Origin: an uncultured Candidatus Saccharibacteria bacterium
GTDB lineage: Bacteria; Patescibacteriota; Minisyncoccia; Phycocordibacterales; UBA918
Reading direction: 5' to 3'
Length of the DNA stretch: 64,000 bases
NCBI GenBank assembly: GCA_964593375.1
Contig: CAZQIF010000002.1
Span: 7,197 to 71,196 of the forward strand
The notes beneath the pieces are model-generated. The model was not told the DNA's origin. It was given only the letters and a program-made list of their open reading frames with translations, and searched no databases. Shown here in pieces: positions 54,559-61,864 of the stretch (the stretch's first letter is position 1; every line of letters starts with the position of its first letter). The translations under genes were made by a program, and so were the position numbers.

Positions 54559-55779
54559 TTAAAATCGTTTTTTTAGAGCATCAATGACTTCAAAAAATGC
54601 GGGCTTTGGATCGCTCCACGACCATACGTCACTCTGTGTACCCTTTGGGAGAAAAAGGAAATCTCGGAGTGCTTTGGTACGTTTTGGATAGAGTACTCCA
54701 CGCATCCTATCACGCTCAAAAAATACACGGAGGAGATGCATGCAGTCCCCAAGAAAATGTCGCGTGGTAACTCCTTCCCGCGCGGTTACTACCATACTCG
54801 GAAGACTCTCTCCAGTCACGAGTTGATAATAGAGATATGGCATATCAACTCCCGCAGCAACTGAGAGCGGGAGCGAACCCCAGAAACGTCCATTAATCTC
54901 CATGAGCTTCGGTTCACGCGTGTCACTGTCGACTTTAAACTCAACCATGACGGGTCCTGTCCAACCGAGTTTCTGAATCAGTTTTGTCGCGTATGCTTCA
55001 AGGGTATTTTTGAGTTCTCCCCCTCCGACCGTTTCTTTAAGCACTGATGCGCCACCGCTCGGCGAAAGTGAGCGGAGACGATGATGAGTAACAATCGCAA
55101 TCGCCTTCCCTTTCTTTGCAATCATTTCAACACCGTACTCCTCTCCCACAAGCAAATCCTGTATAAGTGGCGACTCTCCAAGCGTTTCTTTAAGTGTCAA
55201 AAATTTCTGCACCAGTTCTTCTCCTCCGTGTACAAATGAGGCACTCCCAAATACACCCACGCCATCTTTCCACGTCACACTGCGACGAGTCTTCACCACA
55301 GCAGGATACGTGAGTGACTTCGCGAGATGTTCAACCTCCTCTTTAAGTTCGGGTGTGTACGTCGTAATGGTTGGCACTCCCGACACGCGCGCGAGTGAAT
55401 TCGTGCCCGCTTTATCAAATGCAATTTCAACAGACTTGGAGTCCGGAAACATGAGCGTCATATCTTCACTCAGCATTTCGCGCTTTGCGTAGAGCGCAAG
55501 GTATGTTGCATCGCTAAACGCATACACAACGGGCTTCCCGCCCTGTCGTATCGCCTCCGCGCGTATGGCACGCACAAATCCTTCCACATCAGTGTATGGA
55601 GAGGGATAGGTGAACCGTGCACCAGCATACTTTGAGTGAAGCGCCATACCACTTTTTCGCTCTGCACCAACCGATACAAAAATTTCTCGTTTCCCCAAAG
55701 AGCGCACCGCAGAAAGCGCGCTTTTAAGCTGTCCGTCAAGAATGATGGCTGGTCGCATGTGTCCCATACTAATACGCAA
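54559..55779 (-). CDS. ATP-grasp fold ligase (preATP-grasp plus ATP-grasp)
   Basis: 406 aa. The central region ...PAVVKTRRSVTWKDGVGVF...IQDLLVGEEYGVEMIAKKGKA...MVEFKVDSDTREPKLMEINGRFWGSL has the typical ATP-grasp K/E/N catalytic pattern. Confidence 0.7.
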   Translation of the reverse strand: MRISMGHMRPAIILDGQLKSALSAVRSLGKREIFVSVGAERKSGMALHSKYAGARFTYPSPYTDVEGFVRAIRAEAIRQGGKPVVYAFSDATYLALYAKREMLSEDMTLMFPDSKSVEIAFDKAGTNSLARVSGVPTITTYTPELKEEVEHLAKSLTYPAVVKTRRSVTWKDGVGVFGSASFVHGGEELVQKFLTLKETLGESPLIQDLLVGEEYGVEMIAKKGKAIAIVTHHRLRSLSPSGGASVLKETVGGGELKNTLEAYATKLIQKLGWTGPVMVEFKVDSDTREPKLMEINGRFWGSLPLSVAAGVDMPYLYYQLVTGESLPSMVVTAREGVTTRHFLGDCMHLLRVFFERDRMRGVLYPKRTKALRDFLFLPKGTQSDVWSWSDPKPAFFEVIDALKKRF

Positions 55780-55886
55780 AAAATCCCCTGTCTATTCTTA
55801 CTGCTCGTATAGTAGAACAAACATTCCTATTACACAGTTTCAGTACTTATTCGCCATTTTTAAGCCTGATATAGTACACTATCTCT

Positions 55887-56489
55887 ATGCGCATTCTTCT
55901 TGTAACCCCACTCTATCCACCCGATATTGCTCCGCCTGCTCCGTATGTTAAGGAGCTTGCATCTCGTATCAAGGAAAACCACGAAGTAACGGTGCTCAGT
56001 TACAACTACATTCCCGAAGAAATGGATGGGGTCTTTTGCAGAACAATTCAAAAACATCTTCCCCTTTCTATTCGACTCATGCGGTTCGCGTGGACCTTAT
56101 GGAAAGATTCCCGCAGTGCTGACATCGTCTACGTCCAAAATGGCCCCTCGACAGAGCTCCCGTCATTGCTTGTTGCACTCTTCGCACGCAGACCATACAT
56201 ACTCCACCTTGGGGATGAGACCGCACTCAGGCAAGCATCAGAACATTTTCTATTTCGTATGTTACTCAAAAGTGCAATACATCATGCAGAGAGCGTGGTT
56301 ATTCACTCGAAAACAAGTGCGTATACCGCACCTTTTCAAAGTCATCTACGAAAGTTCATTGACCTTGATCGACCCCTCGCGCGCCCAGAAATACTCCCGT
56401 TCGCCCCTCACCCCACGGAAGCATTTATTGCCTATGAGTCATCGTGGCAACTGCATATACAAAGTTTGATTTCTTTCTTTGCTTCATGA
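55887..56489 (+). CDS. Glycosyltransferase GT4 N-terminal-domain-only protein (200 aa); split or truncated glycosyltransferase
   Basis: MRILLVTPLYPPDIAPPAPYVKELASRI...ADIVYVQNG... is the GT4 N-domain (Glyco_trans_4-like). No C-terminal donor domain follows. The stop overlaps the next ATG (ATGA). Confidence 0.5.
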   Translation: MRILLVTPLYPPDIAPPAPYVKELASRIKENHEVTVLSYNYIPEEMDGVFCRTIQKHLPLSIRLMRFAWTLWKDSRSADIVYVQNGPSTELPSLLVALFARRPYILHLGDETALRQASEHFLFRMLLKSAIHHAESVVIHSKTSAYTAPFQSHLRKFIDLDRPLARPEILPFAPHPTEAFIAYESSWQLHIQSLISFFAS

Positions 56490-57595
56490 AAAATACTATT
56501 GATCCAAAAATTTCTTGGGAGACCTACTGCACGAGTGAACTCGCACTCCTCACGCCAATTCTAAATGCGAATGGTTTCAAACTCTATGATAGTCAACCGC
56601 ACCTTAAGGGTGAACGCTACCTCATGAACGCGGTCACGACCACGAGCGGGAAAAAACTTATCCTACTCGGACATGATAGTACGGGAACGAATGTGGTCAT
56701 CAAAGCGACACGAGATCGCGCAGGAATTAAAGAACTCAAGCACGAGCGTATCTGTCGTCAGGTACTTGAGGAAATTGATTTCGCGGGAGAAGTGTTTCAT
56801 ACACCCGAGGAAATAGCCTTCCTCGAAGAAAATGGGTTTGTTATTTCAGCACAATGCTTCATCGAGCAAACACAGAGTTTCCTTGAGCGCCCAATTGATG
56901 AGCAATTTGCGCTTGCCCTCACGGCCTTTAAAGCACAAGAGAGCGCACATGCCACCACTTTCAAACATCAACACCTCATTCGTAATACGTACGGCATGCG
57001 CGACTCAAGAACCTACTTGCATTCGTTCCGCACCTTTTCAAAAAATATTGCTAAAGCACTCCCCGAGGAAGCTGAAATACATGCACTCCTCAAAAGTGGC
57101 GAGGAAATGCTCATGAACCACCAACTAATCATCGAGCAGTACACTGGCTTTCTCACCCATACCGACTTTGTCCCCCACAACATTCGTATCAAAGGAGACA
57201 CGATATTCCTCCTCGACCACTCATCACTCACCTTTGGCAACAAGTATGAAGGTTGGGCGCGCTTCATTAATTTCATGACGCTCTATAATCCTCCGCTCCA
57301 AAGAGCCCTCGAGCAATACGTGCGAGAAAATCGGACTATGGAAGAGTCTATTGCGCTCCGCATGATGCGCATCTACCGCCTCGGGGAAATTATGTGGTAC
57401 TACGCTCGCACACTCGAACTCAGTACCGATAATCTCCATGCACTCAATACCGCGCGCGTATATTTTTGGACGCAGGTGTTATCGTACGTTCTACGAGAAG
57501 AAGAAGTTCCCATAGCGGTTATCGGTGCATACAAAAATCTGCGTGACTCGCTTCGCAGTGAAGACGAAAGAAATCGCCAAAAGGGTCTCCACTAG
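56486..57595 (+). CDS. Protein-kinase-like/aminoglycoside phosphotransferase (APH)-fold phosphotransferase
   Basis: FLTHTDFVPHNIRIKGDTIFLLDHSSLTFG resembles the APH/choline-kinase catalytic loop HxDxxxxN plus the D of DFG/DHS. A Brenner-like motif is also present. The start was chosen at MKNTIDPK. Confidence 0.6.
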   Translation: MKNTIDPKISWETYCTSELALLTPILNANGFKLYDSQPHLKGERYLMNAVTTTSGKKLILLGHDSTGTNVVIKATRDRAGIKELKHERICRQVLEEIDFAGEVFHTPEEIAFLEENGFVISAQCFIEQTQSFLERPIDEQFALALTAFKAQESAHATTFKHQHLIRNTYGMRDSRTYLHSFRTFSKNIAKALPEEAEIHALLKSGEEMLMNHQLIIEQYTGFLTHTDFVPHNIRIKGDTIFLLDHSSLTFGNKYEGWARFINFMTLYNPPLQRALEQYVRENRTMEESIALRMMRIYRLGEIMWYYARTLELSTDNLHALNTARVYFWTQVLSYVLREEEVPIAVIGAYKNLRDSLRSEDERNRQKGLH

Positions 57596-57679
57596 AATTT
57601 CACCACAAGACTAACTACCACACTAAAAAGGGGCGCTCGGGGCCGCTAGGCCAAGATTTACCCCATTTTATTATGGTAG

Positions 57680-58897
57680 TTAATTTGTTTCTGTGATTCG
57701 ATCAAATATCCGCGTGCGCATTTTTTCAACGACAATATCCCAGTCGTATTCTTCTTCAACCATTTTTCGTGCGCGCTCGGTTACTTCTTTCACTACCTCA
57801 GGATGTGCCAAAATATCGAGGACGGCATCTTTTATTTGTTCAGGGCTATCAATATCAACAGCCCAACCTGTGGTGCCCTTTTCAGGGTTTCGCTTTGCAT
57901 CAAAAAGAAAATCAGCAATGCCACCAGCCTGTGTGGCAACAACCGGCATACGGCACGCCATCGCCGAAAGAAACGCATTCCCAAGCCCCTCAGAACGCGA
58001 TGGGCCCACAAAAATATCTCCCGCAAAGCGATATTTTGTAACTTCACTCCGATCAATCTGACCGGTGAAAATGACCCGTTCTTCAAGCTGTAATTCTCGC
58101 GCCAAGTTCTTAAGTGGTTCTTCTTCCGGCCCACCACCCACAACGAGCAATTTAATATTCATCGGTAGAAGGAGTAGTGCACGAATAGTTGTATCGAAGC
58201 CTTTCTGATGTACGAGTCGTGCGGTGTTCACAAGGAAAATATCACCCTCTTTTTTACCAATTTTTTGTTTGAGTGTCTCAACCTCTCTGGGGTCAAATGT
58301 TGGTTTAATCGACTCTGGGTTGGCACCGTTCCGTATAATTTGAGTATCACCCCGATAGCCCATACGTCTTGCCCACGCGCCGAGAAATGCTGATATAGGC
58401 TGTACCACCGTCGCATGTGTAAACGCGCGTTTAAAGAGTGGCCACACCGGTTTCATGATTCGTTCAATGTACTCGGGTGGGTCACCTTCTTGAAGCGTGA
58501 GCGCGTATGGTACCTGTGTGAGCAGATTAAAAATCGATACGGGCACACCCGTTCCATGTGCCATTACTGCCCATGCGCCATCATAGTGATACTTACGATG
58601 CAAAAAATACGCCTTGATACTGGCTGCAATCTGGAAAAAATGTTTGTTGTAGTGGAGCGGAAACTTACGACGCTCCAGAAGAGAAGCATTGGGTTTTCCA
58701 AAAAGACCAACGCGATGAATGATCACATTTCCGATTTTCCCGACTCGTGGCACCGCACTATCGTAGTAGAGGGTCACCATATGAAACTCAAACTCTTCAG
58801 GGCTCATGCGGTCAGTAATTTCTTGAATCGCCGCTTCGGCACCCGAAATAGTTCCGGGCAAATAATCGAGTGAGAAGATGAGAATGCGCTTTGCCAT
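57680..58897 (-). CDS. Glycosyltransferase family 4
   Basis: ...LLVVGGGPEEEPLKNLARELQLEERVIFTGQIDRSEV...SRSEGLGNAFLSAMACRMPVVATQAGGIADFL is the GT4 EX7E motif. It is 405 aa. Confidence 0.8.
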   Translation of the reverse strand: MAKRILIFSLDYLPGTISGAEAAIQEITDRMSPEEFEFHMVTLYYDSAVPRVGKIGNVIIHRVGLFGKPNASLLERRKFPLHYNKHFFQIAASIKAYFLHRKYHYDGAWAVMAHGTGVPVSIFNLLTQVPYALTLQEGDPPEYIERIMKPVWPLFKRAFTHATVVQPISAFLGAWARRMGYRGDTQIIRNGANPESIKPTFDPREVETLKQKIGKKEGDIFLVNTARLVHQKGFDTTIRALLLLPMNIKLLVVGGGPEEEPLKNLARELQLEERVIFTGQIDRSEVTKYRFAGDIFVGPSRSEGLGNAFLSAMACRMPVVATQAGGIADFLFDAKRNPEKGTTGWAVDIDSPEQIKDAVLDILAHPEVVKEVTERARKMVEEEYDWDIVVEKMRTRIFDRITETN

Positions 58898-58900
58898 TTT

Positions 58901-59788
58901 CTATATTCTATTTTCTATATTCTCTTTAATATAGTCTTGGATATGGTGTTGTGGCACCCATCCCAGTGCCCGTACTTTTTCTGAATCAGCGTCGGGTGAA
59001 GTGCGCGATGACTCAGTCTGCGGGAGCATCTCGATTTCTCCACCAAACATATTCGCTACTTCAAGTAATGAAAAAGCTTCGTCGGTGCCAATACCAAAAT
59101 TATCGCCTTCGCCCTTTTCACCCGCAAGCACGATTCCCTCTACGGTATCGAGTACATGTGTGAACGCGCGCATTTGCGTCCCTGGTTCACGGACTTGAAG
59201 TGACTTCCCCTCAAGCTTGCGACGACGCCATGTTTCTATGACTGTTCCGTACTCTTCGATTGAACGTTCACGGGGGCCATATACGTTGTAAAAATACACA
59301 ACGGCGTATTTGAGGTCATACCACCGTCCATAATTCACCACAAGTTCTGAGTTCGCTGCTTTCATCCATGTGTACGGGGAGAGATCGCGACCAGCGACTC
59401 CATCTTCTCGTTCACCAACATGTTTTGTCGACGACCCCGCGTAGACGAGCTTACATTTTTTCGCGCGCCAAAATTCAAGCACTCCAAACGTGCCAAGGAT
59501 ATTAAGATCAAAAACGAGTTCAGGCTCTTCCAAACTCTTTGCTACACGAGAATACTCACCAAGATGATAAATGACATCGGGTGTTTCAGAGATAAGTGTC
59601 GCGATGTCTTTAGTGTGCCCTGTTCGATATTCAACACCTTCAACATGATTTTCTGCCGAACCGGTGAAGTAGTTGTCGAGTGAAATCACGCGGTGGCCCT
59701 CTTTAACAAGACGCTCACAAAGATGTGAGCCTATGAATCCCGCCCCTCCGGTAACTACGACTGTCTTGGATAAATTCTCAGTATTCAT
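58901..59788 (-). CDS. NAD-dependent epimerase/dehydratase (extended SDR; UDP-sugar 4-epimerase/decarboxylase-like)
   Basis: VVVTGGAGFIGSHLCERLVKEGHRVISLDNYFTGS; 295 aa. Confidence 0.85.
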   Translation of the reverse strand: MNTENLSKTVVVTGGAGFIGSHLCERLVKEGHRVISLDNYFTGSAENHVEGVEYRTGHTKDIATLISETPDVIYHLGEYSRVAKSLEEPELVFDLNILGTFGVLEFWRAKKCKLVYAGSSTKHVGEREDGVAGRDLSPYTWMKAANSELVVNYGRWYDLKYAVVYFYNVYGPRERSIEEYGTVIETWRRRKLEGKSLQVREPGTQMRAFTHVLDTVEGIVLAGEKGEGDNFGIGTDEAFSLLEVANMFGGEIEMLPQTESSRTSPDADSEKVRALGWVPQHHIQDYIKENIENRI

Positions 59789-59903
59789 AGGGTAGATTGA
59801 TTTGGTGATTTGCTAGTGGCCGGGGCGGGCAGGCCCGCCCCTCCCGTTACGATGATAATTTTTTGCTCAGTCATAATTCCCTATAATAACAAATATATAC
59901 TGA

Positions 59904-59942
59904 AAAAGGTCGCGGGGCACACTGTGCGCCTCGCGACCTTTG
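59904..59942 (-). terminator. Rho-independent terminator after the MaoC-like gene
   Basis: On the minus strand: caaaggtcgcgaggcgcacagtgtgccccgcgaccttttt, a roughly 17-bp imperfect stem followed by TTTTT. A second GC hairpin at 59821-59842 (cggggcgggc-ag-gcccgcccc) lies just upstream of the epimerase gene. Confidence 0.65.
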
Positions 59943-59951
59943 AATTCTCCT

Positions 59952-60371
59952 CTATTCCCGTCCTTTGAGGTACTTTTTGTTAATCATACGAACTACTGTT
60001 TTTACCAGTTCCTTATCCCCTCTCAAAACGACAACTTCAACCCTTGTAAGCCGTGTCTTTTCATCAAGTCGCCGAATCTGTATTGTGACCGTATCCCCGA
60101 TATAAATCTTTGCCTTCGGGTAGAAGGATTCGAATCCGACAAGTCCAAATTTTGAAAGATACTTACAGAATATCGGTGAAAGCGACGTAATAATCGCCGT
60201 CCCCTGCACTATCTGCAAACCCTCCATCGAGTGCAGGTCAAAATTTGAATCTCCCGAGATGCGGAGAAATGACTCACACCACTCAGGACTGAAGGTGAAA
60301 TTTTCTGTAACTGTCTCACCCTCCTTGAGTTGTGAACAAGAGTTAACACCAGCGAGAACATTTTTAGACAT
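59952..60371 (-). CDS. Hotdog-fold MaoC-like dehydratase family protein
   Basis: 139 aa. ...ISGDSNFDLHSMEG...GTAIITSLSPIF... is a MaoC/hotdog pattern. The assignment is moderate. Confidence 0.45.
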   Translation of the reverse strand: MSKNVLAGVNSCSQLKEGETVTENFTFSPEWCESFLRISGDSNFDLHSMEGLQIVQGTAIITSLSPIFCKYLSKFGLVGFESFYPKAKIYIGDTVTIQIRRLDEKTRLTRVEVVVLRGDKELVKTVVRMINKKYLKGRE

Positions 60372-60425
60372 CTTATGTCTCCAGAAGTGGATTTAATCTG
60401 AGTGTATTAGAACACGCTTCAAGTT

Positions 60426-61859
60426 CTAAGTCAAACTCTTTCCTCGGCGTGTATAAAGAGCAACAATACCGAGCGCAATAATTAGAAGGAGTCCAAATTG
60501 GGGTAATTTACTCGTGAGCGCTCCCGCTTTCACTTCCCCAACATCACTCACTTCTTGCTTTCCAATTGGAATGACCGTATCGGTTGTGGTTGATTCAAGT
60601 GTCGTGGAAGTTCCAAGTACTTCTGGATTGTTTTCTTCCACCATTGCAACTTCATGTTCCTTTTGAACTAGAGAACGTGCAACCACTTTTTTTTGAGTGA
60701 CCACTGTGGCAAGGTTTTGAGACTGTGTTTGTGTTCCAGAAACAACTGCGGCAACAACTATGTTCTGCGTATCGTAGAGTGCCACGTTTTGCGCCGAGCC
60801 TTTCAGGAAGCGGTCATGATGAATGGTAATCGTACTATTGGGGAGAAGAAGCGTGTGAGTAGGAATCACGACATCACTCGTACCACGAAGCGTAAAACCT
60901 GAAAGATCAATTTCGTACTTTGCATTATTGTGAATTTGGATATTGCCCGTATCGGTACGCGTGAGTGAAAACGTGACGGGAAGAACGGTGATTTCATGAC
61001 GGGTGAAGGTTTTGTTTTTTGCAAACTCTCCTTCAACGATAACCACGTACTCACCCGGATACGTGAAGGTATGCGTTACTTTTTTCCCCGCTCCGGCAAA
61101 GCTATCGCCAAAGCTCCACGCATACACGAGGGAGTTCATGAGTGTTTCGCCGAGACCACTCGGTGTCACTTCAAATGTCACTTCCTGATTCACATAGGCA
61201 ATCGTAGGAGCTTTGATACTGAGCGTGAACACTTTCTTCTCGGGAACAAGGGTGACTTTTTTTGACCCCCCGCTTGATTTTGATGCTGTGACTTGAGGTG
61301 CACTTCCAGTGCTGTTTGTGTCCTCATTGTTTGTATTTTCGTTTTCATTATTGGTATCTGGTGGAGGAACACTGGTGGTGGTGTTCGTTTCCCCTGGCGT
61401 TGGCACTCCGGTAATCCATCCGCTCTGCGTTCGCTGTGCGGTGTCTTTCGTTGTATTATCGCCCCCGATGTTTGACCACTCTTCCCCTCCCGCAACTTGG
61501 TCTTCGATTGAAGCGTCACTGCGACGCAAGGTGAGCGTTCGACCGTCGTTACTGAGCGCTCCCGTATATATTAAAAAGGCGGTTCCAGAAACCGTGTCAT
61601 CATCGGTGCGTTCAAGGACAGCGTACTCGCCGGCACTAATGGAACCGGCGAGTGGAATATTGAGAGATACATTATCACTAAGTACCCAACCATCAACCGG
61701 CACATCCTCCCCGCCATCGTTATAGAGCTCAATCCACTCTTCATTGGGGCCAACGGTCGTCCCCATCCATGCAACTTCATTGATAAGTATTGCTGCCTCG
61801 GAAGCGTGTGGGAAGAAAAAAAGTATCATTAAAACTACGATCAGTTGTGCTGGTCTCAT
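60426..61859 (-). CDS. Cell-surface lamin-tail-domain (LTD) protein with low-complexity linker and C-terminal membrane anchor
   Basis: Signal peptide (LIVVLMILFFFPHASEA), then ILINEVAWMGTTVGPNEEWIELYNDGGEDVPVDGWVLSD (LTD signature). A T/N/E-rich linker follows, then a second beta-sandwich region. The C-terminus is LPQFGLLLIIALGIVALYTRRGKSLT (hydrophobic anchor plus basic tail). Confidence 0.6.
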   Translation of the reverse strand: MRPAQLIVVLMILFFFPHASEAAILINEVAWMGTTVGPNEEWIELYNDGGEDVPVDGWVLSDNVSLNIPLAGSISAGEYAVLERTDDDTVSGTAFLIYTGALSNDGRTLTLRRSDASIEDQVAGGEEWSNIGGDNTTKDTAQRTQSGWITGVPTPGETNTTTSVPPPDTNNENENTNNEDTNSTGSAPQVTASKSSGGSKKVTLVPEKKVFTLSIKAPTIAYVNQEVTFEVTPSGLGETLMNSLVYAWSFGDSFAGAGKKVTHTFTYPGEYVVIVEGEFAKNKTFTRHEITVLPVTFSLTRTDTGNIQIHNNAKYEIDLSGFTLRGTSDVVIPTHTLLLPNSTITIHHDRFLKGSAQNVALYDTQNIVVAAVVSGTQTQSQNLATVVTQKKVVARSLVQKEHEVAMVEENNPEVLGTSTTLESTTTDTVIPIGKQEVSDVGEVKAGALTSKLPQFGLLLIIALGIVALYTRRGKSLT

Positions 61860-61864
61860 AAAAA

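Noticed and set aside
55470-55820. 116-aa minus-strand ORF overlapping the ATP-grasp gene start and the divergent spacer
   Set aside because: It is out of frame within 54559..55779 and extends into the promoter region. It has no motifs and is likely spurious.
57693-58143. Several 90-120-aa ORFs on both strands inside the GT4 gene 57680..58897
   Set aside because: They are nested or antisense to a gene with a clear GT4 EX7E signature. Their peptides are Arg/Ser/Pro-rich.
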